Shown here in pieces: positions 1 to 10,006 of a stretch of 64,000 bases of DNA (its first letter is position 1; every line of letters begins with the position of its first letter). Below the pieces are notes generated by a model, which was given only the letters and a program-made list of their open reading frames with translations, had not been told where the DNA came from and made no database searches. Source of the DNA: Clostridia bacterium (lineage in GTDB: Bacteria; Bacillota; Clostridia; UBA1381); assembly GCA_034090805.1 (NCBI GenBank), contig JAXDRV010000138.1, forward strand, positions 66,188 through 130,187. The letters are read 5' to 3'. Both the position numbers and the translations under genes were made by a program.

Positions 1-1129
1 GGTCGGCAAGGAAAATTGTATGTACATTCACCTGACTCTTATCCCGTACATTTCAACCTCCGGTGAGCAAAAGACAAAGCCGACACAGCACAGCGTAAAG
101 GAGCTGTTAAGCTTTGGTATTCAGCCGGACGTGCTTGTTTTGAGAACGGAAAAGCCGCTTGAGGAGGGACTTGCGGAAAAGATAGGTCTTTTCTGTAATG
201 TTCCGAAGGACTGCGTTATAGAAAACCTTGATTTGGATACGCTTTACGAGGTTCCGCTCGGACTTGAGGAGCAGGGGCTGGCAAGAGTTGTATGCCGCAG
301 ATTGGGACTTGAGGACAGAGAGCCGCAGCTCGGCGAATGGAAAGCTATGGTTGATGTTGTCAAGGAGCTTATGAAGGGCGAAAGCGACGAGGTTACAATA
401 TCGCTTGTCGGCAAGTATGTTTCGCTCCATGACGCATATATCTCTATTGTTGAGGCATTAAAGCACGGCGGAATTGAAAATCACGCAAATGTAAACATAA
501 ACTGGGTAAACAGTGAGGAAGTAACGAAGGAAACAGTTCACGAAATGCTTAAGGACAGCGATGGAATACTCGTTCCGGGCGGCTTCGGCGACAGAGGAGT
601 TGAGGGTAAGATACTTGCGGCAGAATATGCAAGAGAAAACAATATACCGTATTTCGGTATTTGCCTCGGTATGCAGATTGCGGTTATAGAATACGCAAGA
701 AACGTTCTCGGATATGAAGATGCTCATTCCTCGGAGCTTAATCCCGAAACGACTCACCCGGTAATTGATCTTATGCCGGAGCAGAAGGACGTTGAAAATC
801 TCGGCGGAACGATGCGTTTGGGGATTTATCCGTGCAAAATCAAGCCGGATACTCTCGCAGCCGAGGTGTACGGCAGTGATTTGATTTATGAAAGACACAG
901 ACACCGTTATGAATTTAACAACTACTACCGCAGAGAGGTAGAGGAAAAGGGCATGGTGCTGAGCGGTCAGTCGCCCAACGAAAAGCTGGTTGAGATGGTG
1001 GAAATTCCGGAGCATCCGTGGTTTTTGGCGGTACAGTTCCATCCGGAGTTTAAGTCACGCCCCAACCACGCACACCCGCTGTTCAGATCATTCATTGGGG
1101 CAGCACTTAAATATAAAGAACAGAAATGA
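1..1129 (+). CDS. pyrG: CTP synthase, C-terminal portion (gene start lies upstream of the window)
   Basis: Frame is open from the window edge. The translation carries [20 protein letters not shown] and glutamine amidotransferase motifs [21 protein letters not shown]. Confidence 0.9.
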   Translation, partial: VGKENCMYIHLTLIPYISTSGEQKTKPTQHSVKELLSFGIQPDVLVLRTEKPLEEGLAEKIGLFCNVPKDCVIENLDLDTLYEVPLGLEEQGLARVVCRRLGLEDREPQLGEWKAMVDVVKELMKGESDEVTISLVGKYVSLHDAYISIVEALKHGGIENHANVNINWVNSEEVTKETVHEMLKDSDGILVPGGFGDRGVEGKILAAEYARENNIPYFGICLGMQIAVIEYARNVLGYEDAHSSELNPETTHPVIDLMPEQKDVENLGGTMRLGIYPCKIKPDTLAAEVYGSDLIYERHRHRYEFNNYYRREVEEKGMVLSGQSPNEKLVEMVEIPEHPWFLAVQFHPEFKSRPNHAHPLFRSFIGAALKYKEQK

Positions 1130-1233
1130 TTTCTCCGCCGTACGGATCTGATCCGTCGGCGGATATTTCAAAGCAGAGGACAATTGAAAAATCCCGTTTC
1201 ACAATTGTTCGGAAAATAAAGGGAGATTTATAT

Positions 1234-2967
1234 ATGAAGCATTATTGGAAATACATTAAGCCGTATATTCCGTACTTCATTTTCGGGCCGCTGCTGATGC
1301 TTACCGAGGTAGCGGGAGAAATCGTTCTTCCCAAGATTATGTCGGAGATGATTAATGTCGGAATAGCAAATGCCGACGCGGCATATATTTTGGGGCGTGC
1401 GCTGAAGATGATAGGCTTTGTCTGCGTGATGATAATCGGCGGCGTGGGAGGGCATTATCTCTCCATAAAAGCCGCGGTTTCGTTTTCGGCGGATTTAAGA
1501 AAGGATATGTTCGGAAAGGTACAGGGCTTTTCATTCAAAAACATAGACGATTTTTCGACAGGGTCGCTTGTTACCCGTCTTACGAATGATATTACACAGA
1601 TGCAAAATCTCATACGTATGTCACTGATTATGGCGATGCGTGCACCGGGAATGCTGATAGGCGGACTGATTATGGCTCTCAGCATAAACAAGGAGCTGGC
1701 TACGATACTTCTTGTTGTTATACCGTGCCTTGCGGTTGTTATAACCATACTTCTGCGCACAGGCTTTCCGAGATTCGGAATTATGCAGAAAAAGCTTGAT
1801 GCTCTTAATTCGGGAATCCAGGAAAATATCACAAACGTGCGTGTCGTAAAATCTTTTGTTCGTGAAAAATTTGAAATTGAAAAATTCGGAAAAGCAAATA
1901 CGGATCTGATGGATACGACTCTGAGCGCATTGAGCATAGTTGTTATGACGATGCCCGTTATGACGCTTGCAATGAATATAACAACGCTGCTCGTTGTATG
2001 GAACGGCGGAAATCTTGTTATAAACGGCGGTATGCAAATCGGAGATCTGTCTGCATTTACTACATATATAGTACAGATTCTGATGTCGCTTATGATGCTT
2101 TCGATGCTGATTATGCAGATGTCGAGAGCCATGGCGTCATCAAAACGTATATGCGAGGTGCTTGATACAAAAGCGGATTTGAGCGATGATAAATCGGCGC
2201 ATAAGGATTCGGTGATTTCAAACGGAAAAATTGAATTTAAAAACGTTTCGTTCAGATACTATAAAAATAGGAAGGAAAATGTTCTCGATAATATATCATT
2301 TACGATAAATCCCGGTGAAACGGTAGGAATTATAGGAACAACGGGAAGCGGCAAAAGCTCGCTTGTGCAGCTTATACCCCGTCTTTACGATGTAAATGAG
2401 GGAGCGGTTCTGATTGACGGAGTTGACGTTCGTGACTACAGTCTTGAGCATCTGAGGACGGCTGTCGGAATGGTTCTTCAGAAAAACGTGTTGTTTTCGG
2501 GAACTATCAAGGATAACCTCAAATGGGGTGACGAGAATGCCTCGGATGAGGAAATATTTGCGGCGGCGGACAGCGCACAGGCGCACGGCTTTGTGGAAAG
2601 CTTTACGGAGGGATATAACACAGAGCTGGGTCAGGGCGGAGTGAACGTGTCCGGCGGTCAGAAGCAAAGATTGTGTATTGCAAGAGCATTGCTGAAAAAG
2701 CCGAAGATTTTGATTCTTGACGACAGCACAAGCGCAGTCGATACGGCAACGGAGGCGAAGATAAGAGAAGCGTTCAGAACATCTCTTAAAGACTCCACAA
2801 AGATAATAATTTCGCAGAGGATAAATTCCGTGATAGAAGCGGATAAAATAATAGTTCTTGAGGACGGTCGTATTTCCGGAATAGGCACTCATGAGGAGCT
2901 TATGAGAAGCAGCGGCGAATACAGAGAGATATACAGCTCTCAGACCGATATGAAGGAGGTGTCTTGA
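1234..2967 (+). CDS. ABC exporter, fused permease/ATPase subunit (first of a heterodimeric pair)
   Basis: ATG 1234 is preceded by AAAGGGAG. A multi-TM N-terminal half is followed by Walker A GTTGSGKSS, signature VSGGQKQR and Walker B ILILDDSTSAVD. The ORF-track start at 1126 lacks an RBS. Confidence 0.9.
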   Translation: MKHYWKYIKPYIPYFIFGPLLMLTEVAGEIVLPKIMSEMINVGIANADAAYILGRALKMIGFVCVMIIGGVGGHYLSIKAAVSFSADLRKDMFGKVQGFSFKNIDDFSTGSLVTRLTNDITQMQNLIRMSLIMAMRAPGMLIGGLIMALSINKELATILLVVIPCLAVVITILLRTGFPRFGIMQKKLDALNSGIQENITNVRVVKSFVREKFEIEKFGKANTDLMDTTLSALSIVVMTMPVMTLAMNITTLLVVWNGGNLVINGGMQIGDLSAFTTYIVQILMSLMMLSMLIMQMSRAMASSKRICEVLDTKADLSDDKSAHKDSVISNGKIEFKNVSFRYYKNRKENVLDNISFTINPGETVGIIGTTGSGKSSLVQLIPRLYDVNEGAVLIDGVDVRDYSLEHLRTAVGMVLQKNVLFSGTIKDNLKWGDENASDEEIFAAADSAQAHGFVESFTEGYNTELGQGGVNVSGGQKQRLCIARALLKKPKILILDDSTSAVDTATEAKIREAFRTSLKDSTKIIISQRINSVIEADKIIVLEDGRISGIGTHEELMRSSGEYREIYSSQTDMKEVS

Positions 2968-2968
2968 T

Positions 2969-4765
2969 ATGCCGCCTTTAGGAAGAAATAACAAAAATCA
3001 AGGACCCGTGAAAAAGCCGAAAAACACAAAGGCAGCCCTTAAGCGGCTCATGGGATATATAAGTGATGAAAAACCAAGGCTTGTGCTTGTGCTGATATGT
3101 GTTCTGCTGAGCGCAGCGTCAAACCTTGTCGGTTCATATATGCTAAGACCCATAATAAACAGATATATCGTGCCGACGGACGGCTCGGCGGGAGATCCTG
3201 TTGGGCTTATCGGAGGAATTGCCGTAATGGCGGCGGTGTATTTGGTGGGAGTGGGCGCAACGTATCTGCAAATGCGTACAATGATAGGCGTGTCGCAGAG
3301 AGCACTGTCAAAGCTGAGAACGGAGCTGTTCACCAAAATGCAGAAGCTGCCGGTAAGGTTTTTCGACACTCACCCCACGGGCGAGGTCATGAGCCGATAT
3401 ACAAACGACGTTGACGCAATAGGCGAAATGCTCAATAATACGATAGTCCAGATTATATCCGGAGTTATCAGCATAACGGGTACGCTGTGCCTTATGATTT
3501 ACACAAATCCGTGGCTGACGCTTGTAACGCTTGCTATGGCACCGATTATGGCAAAGGTCGGAACGGCGATAGCGTCACATTCGAGAAAGCATTTTGCGTC
3601 ACAGCAGAAGGCATTGGGCGATGTCAACGGATACATAGAGGAAAGCGTGACGGGACAGAAGGTCATAAAGGTTTTCTGCCATGAGGATAAGGCGATAGAG
3701 GAATTTTCAGAGCTGAACGATAAGCTCAAAAACGCACAGATAAGAGCGCAGTTTGCGGGTGGTATAACGGGACCTGCGATGAATGCACTCAGCCAGGTGA
3801 ATTATACGCTTACTGCCTGTGTCGGCGGTCTGCTGTGTGTTTTAAGAGGCTTTGACGTGGGCGGACTTACGGTGTTTGTGAATTTTTCGAGGCAGTTTTC
3901 GAGACCTATAAACGAATTTGCGCAGCAGCTTACGACTGTAATGTCGGCACTTGCGGGTGCGGAGAGAGTTTTTGAGGTTATGGACGCAGAGCCTGAAAAA
4001 GCGAACGAGGGCGAGCGTGACCTCGGTACGGTAAGTGGCGATGTTGTTGTAAACAACGTCACATTCGGATATAATCCCGACAAAACGATACTTAAGAATA
4101 TTTCGATTTATGCGCATCCCGGTCAGAAAATAGCTCTTGTAGGCTCAACCGGAGCAGGTAAAACAACGATAACCAATCTCATAACGAGATTTTATGATGT
4201 CGATGACGGTGAAATAACCATAGACGGAGTGAATATTCAAAATATCACGCGTGACTGTCTGCGGCGCAATATTGCTATGGTTTTGCAGGATACGCATCTG
4301 TTTACGGGAACCGTTATGGAAAATATAAGATACGGCAGACCAGACGCAACCGACGATGAGGTGCGCGCGGCGGCTATGACGGCAAGCGCACACAGCTTTA
4401 TACGCCATCTTCCCGACGGCTACGATACTGTGCTTGAGGGTGACGGAGCGAATTTGTCGCAGGGACAGCGTCAGCTTTTGAATATCGCAAGAGCGGCTTT
4501 GTCGAAAGCACCGATACTTGTTCTTGACGAGGCGACAAGCTCTGTCGATACCATGACCGAAAAGCATATCAACGAGGGCATGGACGCACTGATGGAGGAC
4601 AGAACAACATTTGTAATTGCACACAGACTGTCCACAGTGCGTAATGCGGACGCAATTATGGTGCTTGAAAACGGCGAGATAATCGAACGAGGAAGCCATG
4701 ATGAGCTGCTTGAGAGGAAGGGCAGATATTACGAACTTTACACAGGCTTGAAGGAATTGGATTAA
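2969..4765 (+). CDS. ABC exporter, fused permease/ATPase subunit (second of pair)
   Basis: ATG 2969 lies one nt after the upstream stop, with RBS AAGGAGG. Motifs: Walker A GSTGAGKTT, signature LSQGQRQL, Walker B ILVLDEATSSVD, H-loop IAHRLST. Confidence 0.9.
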   Translation: MPPLGRNNKNQGPVKKPKNTKAALKRLMGYISDEKPRLVLVLICVLLSAASNLVGSYMLRPIINRYIVPTDGSAGDPVGLIGGIAVMAAVYLVGVGATYLQMRTMIGVSQRALSKLRTELFTKMQKLPVRFFDTHPTGEVMSRYTNDVDAIGEMLNNTIVQIISGVISITGTLCLMIYTNPWLTLVTLAMAPIMAKVGTAIASHSRKHFASQQKALGDVNGYIEESVTGQKVIKVFCHEDKAIEEFSELNDKLKNAQIRAQFAGGITGPAMNALSQVNYTLTACVGGLLCVLRGFDVGGLTVFVNFSRQFSRPINEFAQQLTTVMSALAGAERVFEVMDAEPEKANEGERDLGTVSGDVVVNNVTFGYNPDKTILKNISIYAHPGQKIALVGSTGAGKTTITNLITRFYDVDDGEITIDGVNIQNITRDCLRRNIAMVLQDTHLFTGTVMENIRYGRPDATDDEVRAAAMTASAHSFIRHLPDGYDTVLEGDGANLSQGQRQLLNIARAALSKAPILVLDEATSSVDTMTEKHINEGMDALMEDRTTFVIAHRLSTVRNADAIMVLENGEIIERGSHDELLERKGRYYELYTGLKELD

Positions 4766-4779
4766 GACGTAAAAATTTT

Positions 4780-4821
4780 GGTGTAAAGCCTCGAAAATAA
4801 TAGGTTTTACACCTTGATTTT
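4780..4821 (+). terminator. Intrinsic terminator after the ABC pair
   Basis: Stem GGTGTAAA (4780-4787) / TTTACACC (4806-4813), followed by TTGATTTT. Confidence 0.6.
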
Positions 4822-4842
4822 GCGGCTGTGATATGATATAAT
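4814..4842 (+). promoter_or_regulatory. Sigma-A-type promoter for the 4967 gene
   Basis: TTGATT (4814-4819), 17-nt spacer, TATAAT (4837-4842), with TGA giving an extended -10. Confidence 0.55.
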
Positions 4843-4966
4843 AAAAACAATACAGATAACCGGAACGATTTATATCGACAAGGGCGGTGTAGAGTCTGAA
4901 TTAAGGGGAGAGTCGCATCGCTTTTTGTGCTGTTATTCATATAAAAAAAGGAAGGGGAGGCATTTA

Positions 4967-7114
4967 ATGAAGGTATATCAGATGATATATACGTCGGTGC
5001 TTCACAGCCTGTCCGATCAGGAGCTTGGACTGTCGAATCAGTCGGGAATGAGAGTTTACTCCTGTTCGCAGGGATTGGAGCGGGAAAACCTTGATGAGGT
5101 GGCAAGGTTTTCAAATTACAGACTGCCTAAAAACAATAAGCAAAGCTATTCCGACAAAGTGGGTGATCCGGGAGTGCCGGAGCTGTTCCCGAAAACCTTC
5201 AGAACGATTAAGCTGTCTGACGGCAAATATGCTGCAATCCAGTCGGTGTTTGCGGGAGTTGACCACCAGGGTCATGAAGGGAATTTCTTTGCTCATGCGC
5301 TTATATTTGAAAACGTTGGTGAGGACTTTTTCCCGGAGCAATACTGTCACAGCAAAACGTTCAGAACGCATCTGACGGAAAAGGAAAGCGCAAGGGAGAT
5401 CGTTCATTATCTTCCGATACTCGAGGACGCAGAGCGAGATCTCGGCTATGAGGAGGAGATATATAAATTTATTGACGAGCATAAAAAGGAGCTGTCATAT
5501 CTGATAAACAGCCTGATAACCATGCTTCTCGGCAGCAATATCAAAAACATCTGCATAGCAACGCTCAGTGCGGAGGAAACGGAAAAATATCTGATTTCTC
5601 TTAAATATCTTCTGCCGCGGGACGTAAGCCTCGGTGCGGGAATATCAACGTATAATGTCTACCTTCCCTCCGACAAGCAGGACAGCATATGCCTGCACGG
5701 AACGATTAAGGGTAAAAACAATATAACACGTGAGGCGATAGAGTCAAAGCCGGATTGTATGTATATCGATATGGACAAGATAGATACGTCTACATACGAA
5801 ATATCGCCGCTTTTGGCAAACTGGAGCGTAAAGGAGCTGCGTGAGCAGTACAATACGCTGAAAATCAATTCCGTTACGGGACTTCTCGATTGGGTGTCAA
5901 GCTTTGACAATACCGACAAGCCTGGTATGGGCGGAAAGCTGATACGCCTGAAATCATCGGCGGGCGATGCGGCATTTGCAAAGCGTGCCTCCGAAATTTA
6001 TCCGCTTATAAAGGATAAGGAATACGATGCGGTAAGATTTGAAATTACAAAGGTAATGTACGACAATATAGATATGTTCCCCGATGAGCTTGAGGATCTG
6101 ACGGATTCATACCTCACTCTGACGATTGAAAATCTTGCAAAAGGTCATAAATACGACCTCGGAGCGGTATTTTCATCAACTGCAAACGAAAAGAGCCAGG
6201 TAGCGGTGATGAAGAAAAAAATCCCCGAAATCATGGCTAAGCTCGGAGCGGCGGGGAGCAAAATAAGCGATAAAAACAAGTTTGTCATTCTCGGATTTTT
6301 TGCACAGCTTAAGCATAAATACGGCGACGACAGCTGGAAGGACTTTTTTGCGGGAAACAGAATGCACCTTACGACCTTTGTCGAGATTGCGGCAGGAGTT
6401 GTTATAACGGGCTACGGCGTAAAGCCGTTTTCGCCGCCGTCAAACTGGGAAAAGGACGATTTGGACGAGCTTATAGCATTTTTTGAAAGCTCCACCGAGG
6501 ACGAAAAACTGCGCAGCCTGTGCCTTAAGTATATATATTCAAATACCGACACGGACTGGAACTCCTACGGCATTACTCTGACAAAGCACACCAAAACAAG
6601 GGGCGAGCAGGCAGCGGATATGAGAAAAATACACGCAATTCTCTCAAAGGTAGGCTATGAGCCGTATCAGAGAGGCACGTATATGAGTGTAAAGCCCGAT
6701 GTGAGAGCTGATATTGAGGGCAGTATGTCACCGCTTTTGCTCACAAGGCTTCTCGACGCATATTACCGCTGGCAAAGATGCTACGGAAATCAGCCGCAGG
6801 CAAAGAAATATGCGCAGAGATTCAGAGCACTGCTGCTTGAGATGAAAAAAACTCAGCGCACATGCTATGATTACGTAATTCCCAAGCTTGCGCTTGAGAT
6901 AATCGAAACGCCCGGCCATTACCACGAAATTATGATTAACATGGATACAATGTATCCGGGATTTTGGAATTGGTTTTTGATAGGCTATAAGCGCAGAAAG
7001 CGTGATGATGAAATAATGCTCACCTATACAAGAATTTATGAAGCAAGCAAATCGAAAATGTCAAAGCTGCCGATAAGGAAAAAGCTGAGGGCGGCATTCG
7101 GAAACATAGATTAA
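4967..7114 (+). CDS. Large (715 aa) soluble hypothetical protein; N-terminal ~130 aa resemble the GAP1-N (GTPase-associated protein 1 N-terminal) domain family
   Basis: ATG 4967 lies 7 nt after GGAAGGGGAGG. No TM segments. The N-terminus MKVYQMIYTS...SGMRVYSCSQGL...GHEGNFFAHALIF recalls the xQxxYTS / GNFxAHxL pattern of GAP1-N domains; this is recollection, not a search. I recognise no motif in the rest of the protein. Confidence 0.6.
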   Translation: MKVYQMIYTSVLHSLSDQELGLSNQSGMRVYSCSQGLERENLDEVARFSNYRLPKNNKQSYSDKVGDPGVPELFPKTFRTIKLSDGKYAAIQSVFAGVDHQGHEGNFFAHALIFENVGEDFFPEQYCHSKTFRTHLTEKESAREIVHYLPILEDAERDLGYEEEIYKFIDEHKKELSYLINSLITMLLGSNIKNICIATLSAEETEKYLISLKYLLPRDVSLGAGISTYNVYLPSDKQDSICLHGTIKGKNNITREAIESKPDCMYIDMDKIDTSTYEISPLLANWSVKELREQYNTLKINSVTGLLDWVSSFDNTDKPGMGGKLIRLKSSAGDAAFAKRASEIYPLIKDKEYDAVRFEITKVMYDNIDMFPDELEDLTDSYLTLTIENLAKGHKYDLGAVFSSTANEKSQVAVMKKKIPEIMAKLGAAGSKISDKNKFVILGFFAQLKHKYGDDSWKDFFAGNRMHLTTFVEIAAGVVITGYGVKPFSPPSNWEKDDLDELIAFFESSTEDEKLRSLCLKYIYSNTDTDWNSYGITLTKHTKTRGEQAADMRKIHAILSKVGYEPYQRGTYMSVKPDVRADIEGSMSPLLLTRLLDAYYRWQRCYGNQPQAKKYAQRFRALLLEMKKTQRTCYDYVIPKLALEIIETPGHYHEIMINMDTMYPGFWNWFLIGYKRRKRDDEIMLTYTRIYEASKSKMSKLPIRKKLRAAFGNID

Positions 7115-7134
7115 AGGATAAATGAAAGGATTAA

Positions 7135-8052
7135 ATGGTTATGAAAAACTCAGTTAAAAAAATATTTTTAGTTTTATGCGCAGCGTCCGTAATGCTGATT
7201 TCTTCTACAGCTTTTGCCACTCCGACGAGCGAGCCGGCAGCGAGAACGACAAAAACAATATCCGCCTCCGATACATCTGCGGCAACAAGTACAGCGGGTG
7301 ATGACGAAGTGGAGGATACTTCCGATACCGAAGCCGATACGGAAAACACAACAACGGCAGGTGCGGCAGCATCGGGAGCGGTTGTGCAGTCATCGGCAAA
7401 TCCCGTTCCGACAGCTATATCAACAGGTCAGAATCAGACAGGTGTTGTTCAGAATACCGAGGCGCAGAGAGTGGCGGAAAAGAAGTATGCCTCAAAGGGT
7501 TCGCTTGCGGTATGGATTATACTTACGATTTTGATTAATGCAATATTGAGCTTTGCAATAGCAAACAGATTTTACAAGCTTGCCAAAAAGGATACTCACG
7601 TAAGCGCCGAGCTGCGTGCTCTTCGCCGTGACCTTGAGGAAAAATTCGTAAGCAATGTCGGCGGCTTTACCGAAATGGAAACGGATGTTTCAAATACAAA
7701 CGATAATTATTCCATGAACGGCTCCATAAAAATGCCCGAAAGAAAGAGCACTGATTTTGCGGCTGAATCCGAGGACGTGTTCAAGAGATGGGAAAGCCGT
7801 ATGTCGCAGCGCAGCGGCGCAAGAGCTGTCGTTACCGAGGAAACGGATGCAGAGCCGGAGGAGGATTTTGAAGAAGAGGAAAGACGTCCTGTCAGAAAAT
7901 TCCGTCCGACACGTGCAAGCGTGCCCGAAGCTGACGATGCGGAGGACGAGAGCTATGACGACGAGCAGCCGGAGGAAAGATCCGTTGCAAAGAGCGTTAA
8001 GAATAAAGCAAAGAATATCCTCGGCGATATATTCCCGTTTAAAGAGGATTAA
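7135..8052 (+). CDS. Single-pass membrane protein with signal peptide, low-complexity S/T/A/D ectodomain and acidic cytoplasmic tail
   Basis: Starts 20 nt after the upstream stop (GAAAGGA RBS). Signal-like MVMKNSVKKIFLVLCAASVMLISSTAFA, TM helix LAVWIILTILINAILSFAIANRF, and a D/E-rich C-terminus. Confidence 0.7.
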   Translation: MVMKNSVKKIFLVLCAASVMLISSTAFATPTSEPAARTTKTISASDTSAATSTAGDDEVEDTSDTEADTENTTTAGAAASGAVVQSSANPVPTAISTGQNQTGVVQNTEAQRVAEKKYASKGSLAVWIILTILINAILSFAIANRFYKLAKKDTHVSAELRALRRDLEEKFVSNVGGFTEMETDVSNTNDNYSMNGSIKMPERKSTDFAAESEDVFKRWESRMSQRSGARAVVTEETDAEPEEDFEEEERRPVRKFRPTRASVPEADDAEDESYDDEQPEERSVAKSVKNKAKNILGDIFPFKED

Positions 8053-8140
8053 TCGTCCTAATATTTTCGGCAAATAGACGAATGAAACCGACTTTTGGGT
8101 GCGTTCGGGTATATAGAATGACAATTATGTTGAAAGCCTG

Positions 8141-8169
8141 TTGACAAGTGGGCATTCAAATGATACAAT
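8141..8169 (+). promoter_or_regulatory. Sigma-A-type promoter of the ilvBNC operon
   Basis: TTGACA (8141-8146), 17-nt spacer, TACAAT (8164-8169), preceded by TGA (extended -10). A ~165-nt leader follows. Confidence 0.6.
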
Positions 8170-8334
8170 ATTCTATTATGATAATATTCTCACATATATA
8201 CAACTGTGTGAGTTGACGGCGCAAAGATATACTTTTTGCGTGATATACAATCATCCTTTATGTAAAGATGATGATGCGGCAGAATACCTAAAATGCCGTG
8301 GGACAATTTATACTGTAATAAAGGAGGAATTTAT

Positions 8335-10005
8335 TTGAAACTGACCGGAGCTGAAATGGTTGTAAAAACGCTGGAGAAAAACGGCGTAAAAATAGTATTC
8401 GGTTATCCCGGAGCGGCAAACTGTCCGATAATAGACAGATTATCGTTTTCACCGATAAAGCACATTCTCACGAGAAATGAGCAGGGAGCGGCGCATATGG
8501 CGTCGGGTTATGCAAGGGTAACAAAGGAGGTCGGAGTTTGTACTGCAACCTCCGGACCGGGAGCGACAAACCTTATCACGGGTATCGCAACGGCTTATAT
8601 GGATTCCATTCCGATGGTGGCTCTTACCGGCCAGGTAGGAACAAAGCTGATAGGAAAGGATGCGTTCCAGGAGGTTGATATTACCGGTGCAACGCTCCCG
8701 TTCACAAAGCACAGCTATCTTATAAAAGACGGACTTGAAATTCCGAATGTTGTGAACGAGGCTTTCCACATTGCCGGAACGGGCAGACCGGGACCGGTGC
8801 TTATCGATTTTCCGATGGATATATTGAAGCAGGAATTTGAATATCCCGATGAGGAAACGCCGATAACGATAAGAGGATATAAGCTTGTAGGCAAGGCGAA
8901 CGAGTCGCAGGTAAGAAAGGTTGCGGACGCAATCAAGAATGCGCAGCAGCCGGTGATACTTGCCGGCGGCGGAATTGTAATTTCCGATGCGGTAGACGAG
9001 TTCAGAAGATTAATACAGGAAACGGATATTCCCGTAGTTTCGACAATGATGGGTATAGGCGTTATGCCGTCATCAAGTCCGAGATATTACGGAATGATAG
9101 GATCGCACGGAGCAAGACGTGCAAATCTCATACTTAACCGTGCCGATCTTGTAATCGTAATGGGTTCAAGACTCGGCGACAGAAGCGTAGCTCATGCGGG
9201 TGGCTTTACGAGCAACAAAAAGATTGTTCACATAGACTTAGATCCTGCCGAGATAGGAAAGAATGTTATTCCGGATATTCCGATAGTGGGAGATATAAAG
9301 GACGTAATAAATCAGCTTATGCCGCTTGTAAAAGGATATAAAGCGGACAGAGAGTGGATTATGTCTGCCGATGATCTGAGAGTAAAGACCACACGTGAGC
9401 TTGAAACAAAGGATACCGGCTATGTAAATCCGAAGTATTTCCTGCAAAGACTTTCGGAAAAAACAAATTCGGACGTATATCTCTCGACAGAGGTGGGACA
9501 AAATCAGATTTGGACAGCGAACTATTTTAACTTTACCACACCGAGAAGCTTTCTGACGTCGGGCGGCTTTGGAACGATGGGATACGGACTTCCCGCAGCG
9601 ATCGGAGCGTCAACGGCTGTTGATAAGCCGGTTATTGCGGTAATGGGTGACGGTTCGTTCCAGATGGATTTGCCGGAGCTGGGTACGATGTGCCAGTGGG
9701 ATATTCCGGTAAAGATGGTTCTTTTCAGAAATAACCGTCTGGGAATGGTTCACGAGCATCAGTATCTGCTTTATAAGTCAAATTACCAAGCGGTAACTAT
9801 AGAGGGCAGTCCCGATTTTAATAAGCTTGCGGACGCTTACGGAATAGCAAATTCGGAAATACACGAAAACAGCGATATAGACGCCGGAATAGATGCGCTT
9901 ATGGGTGCGGAAGGCTCATATTTGCTTGTTGTAAACGTAAATCCGTTTGAGCCTACGGGCGACTCGCTCAACGAGGACAGACTTCCCAAGAAAGGCGGTA
10001 ATTGA
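8335..10005 (+). CDS. ilvB: Acetolactate synthase (acetohydroxyacid synthase) large subunit
   Basis: TTG 8335 lies 7 nt after AAGGAGG. The N-terminus (M)KLTGAEMVVKTLEKNGVKIVFGYPG is typical, and the TPP-binding motif GDGSFQM...NN is present. Confidence 0.92.
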   Translation: MKLTGAEMVVKTLEKNGVKIVFGYPGAANCPIIDRLSFSPIKHILTRNEQGAAHMASGYARVTKEVGVCTATSGPGATNLITGIATAYMDSIPMVALTGQVGTKLIGKDAFQEVDITGATLPFTKHSYLIKDGLEIPNVVNEAFHIAGTGRPGPVLIDFPMDILKQEFEYPDEETPITIRGYKLVGKANESQVRKVADAIKNAQQPVILAGGGIVISDAVDEFRRLIQETDIPVVSTMMGIGVMPSSSPRYYGMIGSHGARRANLILNRADLVIVMGSRLGDRSVAHAGGFTSNKKIVHIDLDPAEIGKNVIPDIPIVGDIKDVINQLMPLVKGYKADREWIMSADDLRVKTTRELETKDTGYVNPKYFLQRLSEKTNSDVYLSTEVGQNQIWTANYFNFTTPRSFLTSGGFGTMGYGLPAAIGASTAVDKPVIAVMGDGSFQMDLPELGTMCQWDIPVKMVLFRNNRLGMVHEHQYLLYKSNYQAVTIEGSPDFNKLADAYGIANSEIHENSDIDAGIDALMGAEGSYLLVVNVNPFEPTGDSLNEDRLPKKGGN

Positions 10006-10006
10006 T

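Noticed and set aside
8141-8338. 65-aa ORF and a 12-codon mini-ORF (ATG 8177, MIIFSHIYNCVS) in the ilvB leader, considered as leader-peptide attenuation. A T-box was also considered.
   Set aside because: The 65-aa frame starts on the -35 hexamer itself. The mini-ORF has no RBS and only three Ile and one Val. The leader (~165 nt) lacks T-box motifs. Only weak hairpins are present, so no attenuator call is made.
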